Below are positions 9,524 through 18,758 of a stretch of DNA of 64,000 nucleotides, piece after piece. Each line of letters starts with the position of its first letter. Within the stretch, counting starts at the first letter, position 1. The notes under the pieces were generated by a model. The model made no database searches. It was given only the letters and a program-made list of their open reading frames with translations, and was not told where the DNA came from. Source of the stretch: Prosthecobacter debontii (lineage in GTDB: Bacteria > Verrucomicrobiota > Verrucomicrobiia > Verrucomicrobiales > Akkermansiaceae); assembly GCA_945870855.1 (NCBI GenBank), contig CAMBTP010000011.1, positions 3,767-67,766 on the forward strand, read 5' to 3'. The translations under genes and the position numbers were made by a program.

Positions 9524-10162
9524 TCAGGAAAGATACTTGATGATCGCCTCCACCTTGCTGCGGACGTGGAGTTTGAAGCAGATCCGTTTCACGTAGGTTC
9601 GCACTGTGGCGAGGGTAATGCTCATCTCATCGGCGATCTCCTTGTGGATGTAGCCTGCGGCGAGTAAACGCAGGACCTCTGTTTCACGTGGCGAGAGCGC
9701 TTCGCGTTCGTCCTCGATCTCCTTCTCCTCACGGAAATACATCGCCATTTTTCTCGCGATGGGGCCGGAAAACGGGGACTCGCCCGCGAACACATCGCGT
9801 ATCGCGGCGAGGATGTCGTGGGTGTTGCTCGATTTCAGAAGGTAGCCGCTGGCACCTTCCTTGAGCGCTCGGAAAATATTATCCTCCTCCTCGTAGGCGG
9901 TGAACATAATGACCTCCAACTCCGGCAGGCTTTTCTTAAGGAAGCGGATGCAGTCGATGCCAGATTTACCGGGCAGGTTGATGTCCATGATGACCAGATC
10001 GGGATACATCGCGGGGATCTTTTTCTCGGCTTCCTCGGCGGAGGAGAGCGCGCCGAGGCAGCTTATATCATCGGCCGTCTTCAAGATCTCGATGAGGTGC
10101 GCCTGGATCTGCGGATCATCCTCGACGATCACAACGGTTTTCTTTTTCGGGATCATTTGCAA
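9524..10162 (-). CDS. NarL/LuxR-family DNA-binding response regulator
   Basis: Receiver domain (VIVEDD, DLVIMDINLPG, GASGYLLK) and LuxR HTH (LSPRETEVLRLLAAG...EIADEMSITLATVRTYVKRICFKLHV). Confidence 0.95.
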   Translation of the reverse strand: MQMIPKKKTVVIVEDDPQIQAHLIEILKTADDISCLGALSSAEEAEKKIPAMYPDLVIMDINLPGKSGIDCIRFLKKSLPELEVIMFTAYEEEDNIFRALKEGASGYLLKSSNTHDILAAIRDVFAGESPFSGPIARKMAMYFREEKEIEDEREALSPRETEVLRLLAAGYIHKEIADEMSITLATVRTYVKRICFKLHVRSKVEAIIKYLS

Positions 10163-10175
10163 TATGGGTAAAATG

Positions 10176-11768
10176 TCATGCGACCGGCGCTGTCAAAGTG
10201 ATGCGGATACCGCCCTCGGCAAGGTGAATAAACGCGCAAGTGCCTCCGACTAATTTCAGGCGCCGTTTGATACTTTCGAGACCGATGCCAGCATGCACCT
10301 CAACCTCGGAAAATCCGATGCCGTTGTCGGTGATGCTGATGATGAGCACCTCCTTTTTTAACTCGATCGCCATCCATATCTCCGTCGCTTCGGAGTGCTT
10401 CAGGGCGTTGTTCACGCTTTCCTTCACAGCGAGGCTGACGTTGTGGCGAAACTCGTAGCTGATCGGACGGTTCTCGGTGATGAACACTGCGTCCACCCGG
10501 CAGCGGATCTTTTTCAGTCGGCAGAGTTCGTTGACGAGGCGGTAGAGAAAATCGACCAGCGATTCGAGATCGTCGTTCTTCGAGTTAAGCATCCAAACCG
10601 TCTCCGAAAGAGCGCCGATGAGATCGCGGGACATGGAGGAAATTTTTCCAAAAGCCTCGTTCGCGCCCTGATGCTGGATCGTGTTGTCGGCGTGGGATGC
10701 GACCAGCGAGATATGGGAAAGCCGGGTGCCGAGGTCGTCGTGTAGATCGAGCGCGATGCGGCGACGCTCCTCGGAAATCATCTGCTCCTGCATCAGGTGG
10801 AAGCGGATGCGGCGGCGGATGAGATACCGACCGAAAATGATCGAAACCAACGCCATCAAGGCGAGGGTGACAGTCCAGAACCACGGACGTTTCCACAGCA
10901 CCCGAGGCACGTGCAGGGAAACCGTGTTTATTATACCTGAAGGCTCGCCGGTCGGAGAGACACCCTCCACCAGAAAACGGTAATTCCCGGCCGGCAGCCG
11001 CTCGTAGGTTGCGATGAAAACGCCGCCCAGCATCGTGCTGTAAACCTCTTTCCAGTTCAGCTCAAGAACCTCGCCCGGCGTCACCTTGGATGTCGCGTTC
11101 GGGCGGGAAATCCAATCCGCGTGGGCGTTCAGGTCATCGTCCTGGATCACAAGGCAGTGCGCTGGGTTTTCCGAATCACTGATCACCGCAAAGGACGCCA
11201 TCGAGGGATGGATGCCGGATTTCGACCAATACTTCTGTGTGTTATTGATGGGAAAATTATCCGCCACAAGCACCCGCCGCCCTCCGGAAGCATCCGCAGC
11301 GCTCACGTTAAGCCCCGTGATGGCATAAACCCCGAGCAGGGATGCAGGCCCGCTCGATGACATAATGAAAGCAACATACTCCGCTCCCTGGGGTACGATG
11401 ACCTTCTCGGTGCGCGGGGTGAAGTTCGATTCCTCCAGCGTCCCCTTCCATCCGGCGCTTTTTCCGGATACGGAAAACCCCTCGATACCCACCTGATCGC
11501 CCACCGCGTTTAAGAAACGCACACGAAAAAACATCGTGTCGTTGCGCTCGATCCAATCCTTGTCCAGCCCTTCCATCTTGTAGCGCGAGGCGAGAGCTTC
11601 CGGCAACACCTCGATCCGCAGCGTTCCAGTTCCCACCGGGACGGTCAGCGAAGTTCCCGAGCGAGGCTTTGTCTCATCGTCCACGAAGATATCAATCTTC
11701 GCCTCGCCCATCGCTAGCACGCCGCTGATGGAAAAAACGATCAGGAATATGTAGGAAAGCCGGAACAC
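10176..11768 (-). CDS. HisKA_3-type sensor histidine kinase with a large periplasmic domain
   Basis: ERRRIALDLHDDLGTRL H-box, N-box ESVNNALKHS, G-boxes ITDNGIGF and GIGLESI. TM WFWTVTLALMALVSIIFG. Likely GTG start at 11768 giving a signal/TM (ORF track gives 11816). Confidence 0.92.
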   Translation of the reverse strand: MFRLSYIFLIVFSISGVLAMGEAKIDIFVDDETKPRSGTSLTVPVGTGTLRIEVLPEALASRYKMEGLDKDWIERNDTMFFRVRFLNAVGDQVGIEGFSVSGKSAGWKGTLEESNFTPRTEKVIVPQGAEYVAFIMSSSGPASLLGVYAITGLNVSAADASGGRRVLVADNFPINNTQKYWSKSGIHPSMASFAVISDSENPAHCLVIQDDDLNAHADWISRPNATSKVTPGEVLELNWKEVYSTMLGGVFIATYERLPAGNYRFLVEGVSPTGEPSGIINTVSLHVPRVLWKRPWFWTVTLALMALVSIIFGRYLIRRRIRFHLMQEQMISEERRRIALDLHDDLGTRLSHISLVASHADNTIQHQGANEAFGKISSMSRDLIGALSETVWMLNSKNDDLESLVDFLYRLVNELCRLKKIRCRVDAVFITENRPISYEFRHNVSLAVKESVNNALKHSEATEIWMAIELKKEVLIISITDNGIGFSEVEVHAGIGLESIKRRLKLVGGTCAFIHLAEGGIRITLTAPVA

Positions 11769-11866
11769 AGGTTCGGTCAAATTTTCTGGGCAAGGAATAC
11801 GAATACCTAAGTCCAATCCAACCTAGCGAACGAAGAGAAGCAAGGCAGGAATGTAATTATACGGCC

Positions 11867-11886
11867 TGTCATCGAATTGGGGACTA
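11867..11886 (+). promoter_or_regulatory. Dyad operator-like motif, copy 1 (tgtcatcgaattggggacta)
   Basis: One of six co-oriented copies of TGTC-NNC-N3-TTGRGGACT. Lies between the divergent kinase and sulfatase genes. Confidence 0.75.
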
Positions 11887-11913
11887 CGCAGATGCCACGG
11901 TTCTCAGCACATA

Positions 11914-13506
11914 ATGATTTGTAAAAATGAACTTTTTCACATGCCCTCCAAAGCCCTTAACGCCATTCGTTCCATCATCCACATCCTGCTCGTAGCACCT
12001 GCGCTCGCCGCCGTTACTCCCGTGCCCAAGGAAATCTTGCCCGAGCACGTAGCCGGCGCGAAGCCCCGCAGCGTCGTATTCATTCTCTCCGATGACCACC
12101 GCTTCGACGCGATGAGTTTCCTCGGCCACCAGTTCGCGGAAACGCCGGTGATGGATTCCATAGCCGCGAACGGTGCCTATTTGAAAAACGCGCTGGTCAC
12201 CACTTCGCTGTGCTCCCCCAGCCGCGCCTCCATCCTCACCGGCCTCTACACCTTCCGCCACCGTGTCATCGACAACAACCGAGCCATCCCGCCCGGCACG
12301 GTCTATTTCTCGCAGTATCTCCAGAAGGCCGGCTACTCCACCGGCTTCTTCGGGAAATGGCACATGGGCGGCGAAAGCGACGAGCCACAGCCTGGTTGGG
12401 ATCACTGGGTGAGCTTCCTCGGACAAGGTGAGTATCTACCACCCACGCCCGACTACACTCTCAACGTGGATGGAAAACGCGTGAAACAAAAAGGCTACAT
12501 CACCACGGAACTGACTGATTACGCCATCGACTGGCTGAAAAATCAGAAGCCGTCGGAGAAACCGTTCTGCATGTATCTCTCGCACAAGGCGGTGCATGCT
12601 AATTTCACCCCCGAGGAAAAATACGAGGACAGCTTCAAGGATCTCCCCTTCCTGCGCCCCGCTTCGGAAAAAACCACCGCCGCCGATCTCACCAAACCTC
12701 GCTGGCTACGCGACCAGCGCAACTCCTGGCACGGCGTCGATTTCCCCTACCACACAGACATGGACATAGAGCGCTACTACAAGCGCTACTGCGAGACCCT
12801 CCGCTCGGTGGACGACAGCATCGGCCGCGTTCTCCAGCAGCTCAAGGACATGGGTATTTACGAGGAAACGCTCGTCATCTACATGGGCGATAACGGCTTC
12901 ATGTTCGGCGAGCACGGCCTGATCGACAAACGCGTCGCCTACGAGACCTCAATGCGCGTGCCGATGCTCGTGCAGTGCCCAGAGATCATCAAAGGCGGCA
13001 CCGTCGTCGAGGAAATGATCGCCAATATCGACGTCGCCCCCACCATCATGGAGGCGATGTCCCTTAAGAAACCCGCGCACATGGATGGCGAAAGTTTCCT
13101 GCCGCTGGTGCAAGGCAAGACCATCCCGTGGCGCGAGCAGTTCCTTTACGTCTATTACTGGGAAAAAAATTTTCCGCAGACCCCGACCACCTTCGCCCTG
13201 CGCACGCCGAAAGGAAAATATATCACCTACTACGGCCTCTGGGACTCGGATGAATACTACGATCTCACCGCCGATCCCGATGAATCAAAAAACCTAATCC
13301 AGAATCCCGCGCACATCGCCGAGGCCAAGCAGATGGAGAACAAGCTTTACAAGATGATGAGCAGTCTCGGCGGCATGGAAATCCCGCTCAACCAACCCAC
13401 CGGAGGTTTCAACGACAAGCGCCTACAAGACAACGGCGGAGAGAAGGCCGCCGATTTCCCAGCATCAAAGGTCGTGGTCGAGCCGATCAACACCAACGCG
13501 AACTAA
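11914..13506 (+). CDS. Secreted type I (formylglycine-dependent) sulfatase
   Basis: SVVFILSDDH, CSPSRASILTG (CxPxR), GKWH, KAVH, GDNG, RVPM. Start may be 11941. Confidence 0.95.
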   Translation: MICKNELFHMPSKALNAIRSIIHILLVAPALAAVTPVPKEILPEHVAGAKPRSVVFILSDDHRFDAMSFLGHQFAETPVMDSIAANGAYLKNALVTTSLCSPSRASILTGLYTFRHRVIDNNRAIPPGTVYFSQYLQKAGYSTGFFGKWHMGGESDEPQPGWDHWVSFLGQGEYLPPTPDYTLNVDGKRVKQKGYITTELTDYAIDWLKNQKPSEKPFCMYLSHKAVHANFTPEEKYEDSFKDLPFLRPASEKTTAADLTKPRWLRDQRNSWHGVDFPYHTDMDIERYYKRYCETLRSVDDSIGRVLQQLKDMGIYEETLVIYMGDNGFMFGEHGLIDKRVAYETSMRVPMLVQCPEIIKGGTVVEEMIANIDVAPTIMEAMSLKKPAHMDGESFLPLVQGKTIPWREQFLYVYYWEKNFPQTPTTFALRTPKGKYITYYGLWDSDEYYDLTADPDESKNLIQNPAHIAEAKQMENKLYKMMSSLGGMEIPLNQPTGGFNDKRLQDNGGEKAADFPASKVVVEPINTNAN

Positions 13507-13580
13507 CCCATGGAAATGCAACGGGATCGCCCAGAACTCCCGCCACTTCCCACTGCTCACCGCAAAGCAAGTGCCAGCAT

Positions 13581-13600
13581 TGTCCGCCATTTGGGGACTA
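13581..13600 (+). promoter_or_regulatory. Dyad operator-like motif, copy 2 (tgtccgccatttggggacta)
   Basis: About 100 nt upstream of the pilin-like gene at 13698 and co-oriented with it. Confidence 0.7.
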
Positions 13601-13697
13601 TTGCGCTTCCGCTTCAGCTGGTTAACTTACTGGGTTCAAGTGAATTTCAAATACTCAGCTTTTATAGATCGATGAATTCATCGCCGGAACAAACCCA

Positions 13698-16600
13698 ATG
13701 AATATAAATATCTTCCGACCTACGAATGCAATGCTCCGCCTGACCGGCGCCCGTCGGGGCTTTGCCCTCGTCGTCACGCTTTCACTCATGATTCTGTTGA
13801 CGGTCGTAGCCATTGGCTTGCTATCCCTCTCATCCATCAGCCTTCGATCCAGTTCGATCTCCTCGGCTCAGCAAAAAGCACAAGCCAATGCCCGCTTGGC
13901 ACTGATGCTGGCACTCGGCGAACTGCAGAAGGAACTGGGACCTGACCAACGTATCTCCGTGCCCGGCTCGCAACTGCTCGCGGATACCGACATAACCGGC
14001 CCCAAGCACTGGACCGGCGTTTATGAATCATGGAAAGGTGCAAGCTGGCCCTTCGCGACCAGTGAGGAAATTCGCCCCGAGTCACCGACCTTCCGCCGTT
14101 GGCTAATTTCCGGCGATGAAACCATCGTCACAATGAAGGATACTCCCAAAGCCGGCCTGACCACGGGCGACAAGGTCAAGCTGGTGGCCGCCACCGAAGC
14201 GCAAGGCAGCATACCGGCGCAGGACGCGGTGGAGGCCGGGCTCGTCACGCTTCCGCAAGGCGGTATTGCCTGGTGGATCGGCGATCAGAACACGAAGGCG
14301 AAATTCGGCGGAGTCGTCGAGGATGCGGCAGATGCGAAAGTGGCCGCCGCCCGCCTGCAGTCCGCCCCGCGTGCGGCCCATGAGGTATTTTCGGGCTTGG
14401 ATGGCGTGCTTGCCAACGACGAGCGACTCGGGAAATTGCCATCCACTGACAGCCTGCGGTTGCTGGCCAAGGATACCGATTTTTTCCACGATGCCACCAC
14501 CACTTCGCTCGGCCTCATGACCAACGTGCGCGCCGGCGGCCTGCGTAAGGACTTGAATTTTCTGTTGGAGACGCCCATCCCTACCGCAGGCACCGCAGCA
14601 ACGGCTGCGCTCTACACTGCCGCCGGATCAAGCCCGGCCACTGTATCAGGCACGCCAATCCCATTCGAGGGCATCAATCTCGGCGAGCTATGGGTCGATC
14701 ACAACATCTGGGGGGAACTCCAGTATGGCCCGCCCAAACATGCCGATGGCTCTTCGCTCCCCTCCGGCGCTCCCTATCTTGAGTGCGGCGCCAAGGCTGA
14801 TCCTTTCCTCAATTACAAACACCTGCCCAGACTTCAGCTCACACAACTTTATTCGCTCACCAGCAAAAGCAGCACCGTCGCCGGCAAGAAAGTCTATGAT
14901 TTGTATCTTGCTACTGATCCGATTTTCACGATTTGGAACCCCTTCGATGTCTGCCTTCATGTTCCCCAGAGCTACTTCGCCACGCTCAAGACTTGGGCGA
15001 TCCCCTATGATTTGAATCTCACTTTGCAAGGCGGGCCGACGGGATTTAGGACATCTTACACCAGTTCTATCGGAGACATCTACAGAGTAGGGGGCACAGG
15101 GAATGCGGTATTTGTCTTCCAAGGCACTTTGGGCAATGTTAGCAAAACCAGCCAGAATCTTGTGCTGAGGCCCGGGGAAGTGCAGGTCATGGCACAAGGA
15201 TTTGGAGCGCCAATCAAATACAACCCGACAGGGGTTGATTGGGATTCCAAGCTCGGCTGGGAATTCGCCTCGGGTTATGCCTACAAGATAGATTACGAAC
15301 CCGGAGACACCACCGGCACAAAAAAGACCGGGGCACAGCGTATCACCTACTCGATGGCCCCCAATGCAAAGAAGAGCGACAACACCGCGCTCATGCTATG
15401 GAGTTATGGCGTCCCCGGCGCGAATCCCTATATTGGCAGCTTCAACATCAATTTCAGCAACTCGCGCCTTTCAGGCCAAGGGGAAATTACTGCTAACAGT
15501 TTCCCGACAATCTTCCCGAGCTTGCCTCTTGATGCCTCCGCATCAAAGACAATCGCCGAGTTGGAAAACAACAAGTGGCCGATCTGTGTGTTCACCTATG
15601 GTCTGCGGACCGAGTCGGACCCCTTTCTCACATCGGGAAAGCGTTCTACCGGCCGCTCCATGCTCCGGGCCAACGCAACTTCCCTTGGGCAAGACCTTTT
15701 CAACCTCGATCCCGCGGTGGTTCGCACCTCGCCACTCCAGGTGGGTATGCGGCGCGTGAATAGCCTCAGCGATCCGATCGTCGAGTGCGATGTGAAGGGC
15801 TTGGGTTATTATGGTGCAGGTTATAGTTCCAACGACGGAGTGTCCCACGTCGTCACCCGTTCGATTATGCGCGAGCCGATCCATTCACTCGGCGCCCTGC
15901 AACATGGCGCGGCTGAGGGGAAGAAATTCGGCCAAGCAGTGGGTGAGAAGACATGGTTCCTCCAACCTTCCGTCAGCCATGCCATCGCCAACTCGTTCGC
16001 GCCCTCCTTCCTCGGGCCCGACGCAGTGCGCGGCACGCTTGCCGGATGGCCTGCGGCGGATCATTCGTATCTGGCCAACCTCGCGCTATGGGATACCTAC
16101 TTTTATTCCTCGATCAAGCCGCGCACCAAATCGGCACACAAGAGCCCGAGTACGGCCTATTCCGAACAAAAGAGGCGACTTGAGGACTTCCTCGCCACAG
16201 ACACCGCTTACAAGCCCCTGCCCAACGAGCGCATGAGGCCTTGGGCCAGCGATCCCGCAAGCGATATCAAGGCCATTTTCCCGTCCACAACTCCCGACCC
16301 CAGCGCGGCCGATCGCACGGCTTCCTTGCTGATGGTCGACGGTATGTTCAATGTGAACTCCACCTCGGTGACGGCATGGAAGAGCTTCCTCTCGGGGCTC
16401 AAGAAGGCCAAGGTCCCGAGCAATCCCAGCCCCGGTCTTCTCTCCCAAGCCAAGATGGTCGACGCCCAAGGCACGGCGGTAGCCGCCCTGCTGGAAGCCG
16501 CAGGCGAGGAGATCGACGATACCACCCTCGGCGATCCGAGTGAGGCCGAGCAGTGGCGCGGTTTCCGCAGCCTCAGCAATGATCAAATCGATGAACTCGC

Positions 16601-17132
16601 CAAAGCGATTGTCAAACAGGTGCGCAAGCGCGGCCCCTTCCTCTCGATCGCCGATTTCGTGAACCGCCGCCCCGGTTCCAACAAGGAGCTTGCGGTATCC
16701 GGCGCCCTGCAAAGCGCGCTTGATGACAATGACGTTTCGATCAACGAGGCCTACCGTCAGGGAGATCGCTCTCTCAGCCTCGCGGAGGCCCAAGCGCAAG
16801 GTTTCCCATTCCCCGAGGCGGAAGCGGGCCCTAAAGCCATCGGCTCCCCCGGCTATGTGAAACAGGGCGACTTGCTCACCTCGCTTGGCCCGATGATTGC
16901 CGTGCGCGGCGACACCTTCGTGATCCGCGGCTACGGCGAGGCGCGCGAGGCCTCCGGCAAAATCGTGTTGGCCCGCTCCTGGTGTGAAGCCGTGGTCCAG
17001 CGCGTGCCCGACTACCTCGATCCCTCGGACAAGGCTTACGCCGCCGTTCCAACATCCCCGGTCAACCTAACCTTCGGCCGCCGCTTCAACATCGTTTCCT
17101 TCCGCTTCCTGAATCCCGAGGAAGTTCGCTGA
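13698..17132 (+). CDS. Giant prepilin-like (PilX/GspK-type) protein resembling Verru_Chthon cassette protein A
   Basis: Class III signal RRG|FALVVTLSLMILLTVVAIGLL, then AQANARLALMLALGELQKELGPDQR, and C-terminal RGPFLSIADFVNRR, GDTFVIRGYG, RSWCEAVVQR, FGRRFNIVSFRFL. Confidence 0.75.
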   Translation: MNINIFRPTNAMLRLTGARRGFALVVTLSLMILLTVVAIGLLSLSSISLRSSSISSAQQKAQANARLALMLALGELQKELGPDQRISVPGSQLLADTDITGPKHWTGVYESWKGASWPFATSEEIRPESPTFRRWLISGDETIVTMKDTPKAGLTTGDKVKLVAATEAQGSIPAQDAVEAGLVTLPQGGIAWWIGDQNTKAKFGGVVEDAADAKVAAARLQSAPRAAHEVFSGLDGVLANDERLGKLPSTDSLRLLAKDTDFFHDATTTSLGLMTNVRAGGLRKDLNFLLETPIPTAGTAATAALYTAAGSSPATVSGTPIPFEGINLGELWVDHNIWGELQYGPPKHADGSSLPSGAPYLECGAKADPFLNYKHLPRLQLTQLYSLTSKSSTVAGKKVYDLYLATDPIFTIWNPFDVCLHVPQSYFATLKTWAIPYDLNLTLQGGPTGFRTSYTSSIGDIYRVGGTGNAVFVFQGTLGNVSKTSQNLVLRPGEVQVMAQGFGAPIKYNPTGVDWDSKLGWEFASGYAYKIDYEPGDTTGTKKTGAQRITYSMAPNAKKSDNTALMLWSYGVPGANPYIGSFNINFSNSRLSGQGEITANSFPTIFPSLPLDASASKTIAELENNKWPICVFTYGLRTESDPFLTSGKRSTGRSMLRANATSLGQDLFNLDPAVVRTSPLQVGMRRVNSLSDPIVECDVKGLGYYGAGYSSNDGVSHVVTRSIMREPIHSLGALQHGAAEGKKFGQAVGEKTWFLQPSVSHAIANSFAPSFLGPDAVRGTLAGWPAADHSYLANLALWDTYFYSSIKPRTKSAHKSPSTAYSEQKRRLEDFLATDTAYKPLPNERMRPWASDPASDIKAIFPSTTPDPSAADRTASLLMVDGMFNVNSTSVTAWKSFLSGLKKAKVPSNPSPGLLSQAKMVDAQGTAVAALLEAAGEEIDDTTLGDPSEAEQWRGFRSLSNDQIDELAKAIVKQVRKRGPFLSIADFVNRRPGSNKELAVSGALQSALDDNDVSINEAYRQGDRSLSLAEAQAQGFPFPEAEAGPKAIGSPGYVKQGDLLTSLGPMIAVRGDTFVIRGYGEAREASGKIVLARSWCEAVVQRVPDYLDPSDKAYAAVPTSPVNLTFGRRFNIVSFRFLNPEEVR

Positions 17133-17168
17133 CGCCGGGCAAACCATCGCTGATTTCTTCAAAAAACC

Positions 17169-17852
17169 ATGCACCACTTCCTGTCCCACACCATGGTCGC
17201 CGCCGTGTTTCTCGCCGGAACCTTTGCCGCAGCCCAGCAGCCCTCTTCGCCGGGTGTTCGCGCCTTGTTGCTCGTCCCGGGCGGGCCGGTCACCACACTT
17301 TTCCCCTTATCCGGCGAGGTGGTCGGCCACGAAGTGCAGATCGGTGCGCGGGGTCTCAGCGAGTCATTCAAACCAAGCGCCCGCCAGTTTTCCCTCGCGG
17401 TGCGGGATGCCAAGCAAGAGTCCGGCTACCACCCCGTCGCCAAGGTTTTGCTGCCGTCGCAAGGCAGTGAATTCATCATCCTGTTGGAGCCCACAGGAGC
17501 CACCTACAAAGTCCACGTCGTCAATGGCAGGGAATCCCGCTTCGGCGCAGACTCCGTGCTGTTCTTCAATGCGGCGGAGATCACCCTAGCTGCTACTCTT
17601 GGCACGACCAAAGTGCTGATCAAACCGCGCGTGGCAGTGTTCGCCAAGGCACCGCAGCGCACAGAAAAATCCTTCTATCAGGTTACGTTTTATCAACCCG
17701 ATGATGGCAGGCCCCGTCCCTTTACAAACACCCGCTGGCCGCACCGGGACGGCAGCCGCTGCTATGTGTTCTTCTATCGAAATCAGACCTCTGGGCGCCT
17801 TACCTATCAGGCAGTTGACGAGGTGCTCGCGCCCGTGGCCGCCACCGAATAG
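17169..17852 (+). CDS. Hypothetical secreted protein, probable partner of the upstream pilin-like gene
   Basis: Signal peptide (MVAAVFLAGTFAAA), 37 nt after the upstream stop, same strand. Confidence 0.7.
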   Translation: MHHFLSHTMVAAVFLAGTFAAAQQPSSPGVRALLLVPGGPVTTLFPLSGEVVGHEVQIGARGLSESFKPSARQFSLAVRDAKQESGYHPVAKVLLPSQGSEFIILLEPTGATYKVHVVNGRESRFGADSVLFFNAAEITLAATLGTTKVLIKPRVAVFAKAPQRTEKSFYQVTFYQPDDGRPRPFTNTRWPHRDGSRCYVFFYRNQTSGRLTYQAVDEVLAPVAATE

Positions 17853-17972
17853 ATTTTCTCCCAAATTACGTTCCCCGCTGAAGGCAAATCCTTTGCCGTC
17901 CTGCTGGCTCCGGAAAAGCCCGCTGAATTCGTGCTCTTCTTTTTCGTCCGTATTGCCGGCCGTTCGCCGGAA

Positions 17973-18584
17973 TTACATCCGCTTCACCCGGATGTTCTTG
18001 TAGCGGACAACGCTGCCGGGATCGTGCGCTTGAAGGGCGAAGGTGCCTTCTGCCAGCTTGCGGGTGAAAGGCTTGCCGGGCTGCGCGCCCTCAGGCTCGG
18101 TGTATTCGAGGACAATCTTGCCATCGATCAATACCGTCACCTTGCTGCCTTTGACGATGATCTCCTGCGTCCACCACTTCTTGTCCTGGGCAGGGGTGCT
18201 GCTGATGTTCGCGAGGCCATAGAGACTGCCGGTCTTGATCCAGTCTCCTTGAGTCACGTTCACCTGACACTCGAAGCCAATCTGCGGCCAATCCTTTTCC
18301 TGATAGGCGGTGTGAAAATAGATCCCACCGTTTGAGCTCGGCTCGGTCATCACCTCGACCTTGAGATGAAAGTTTTTGAACGGCTTGCCGTCACCCTCGT
18401 AAAACAGGTGGCAGCGCTCGCCCTTCGCGACGAAGGCTCCGTCTTCGATTTTCCACGTATCGATGTTCTCGGTAGCCATTTTCCAACCGTCGAAGGTCTT
18501 GCCGTCCATGAGAGGCACGAAGCCCTCTTCAGAGGCGATGGCGAACGAGGCGGAAAGGAACAGAATCGGGAGTAATGTCTTCAT
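17973..18584 (-). CDS. DUF1080 (3-keto-disaccharide hydrolase family) protein
   Basis: Signal peptide, LMDGKTFDGW, NGGIYF, ECQV, FALQAHDPGS.V.YKNI. Confidence 0.9.
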   Translation of the reverse strand: MKTLLPILFLSASFAIASEEGFVPLMDGKTFDGWKMATENIDTWKIEDGAFVAKGERCHLFYEGDGKPFKNFHLKVEVMTEPSSNGGIYFHTAYQEKDWPQIGFECQVNVTQGDWIKTGSLYGLANISSTPAQDKKWWTQEIIVKGSKVTVLIDGKIVLEYTEPEGAQPGKPFTRKLAEGTFALQAHDPGSVVRYKNIRVKRM

Positions 18585-18631
18585 AATTTGGTAAGATCGG
18601 AACCGAGCCTAGTGCGGCAACCGAGAATGAC

Positions 18632-18651
18632 CAGTCCCCAATTCGGCGACA
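18632..18651 (-). promoter_or_regulatory. Dyad operator-like motif, copy 3 (tgtcgccgaattggggactg on the minus strand)
   Basis: About 48 nt upstream of the DUF1080 ATG and co-oriented. Confidence 0.72.
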
Positions 18652-18687
18652 AGCGATGGCAAGAGCTGTCAATGCAGATAGGAATTT

Positions 18688-18750
18688 GAGTGGCAGACGC
18701 CTGTCTGCCAAGGCGCGGGGATACTCGTGGCAGACAGGCGTCAGCCACTC
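18688..18750. repeat. REP doublet (inverted pair), GAGTGGC family
   Basis: gagtggcagacgcctgtctgcca (18688-18710) and its reverse complement (18728-18750), 22/23 identical. Each arm is a hairpin. Confidence 0.8.
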
Positions 18751-18758
18751 CTCTCCGG

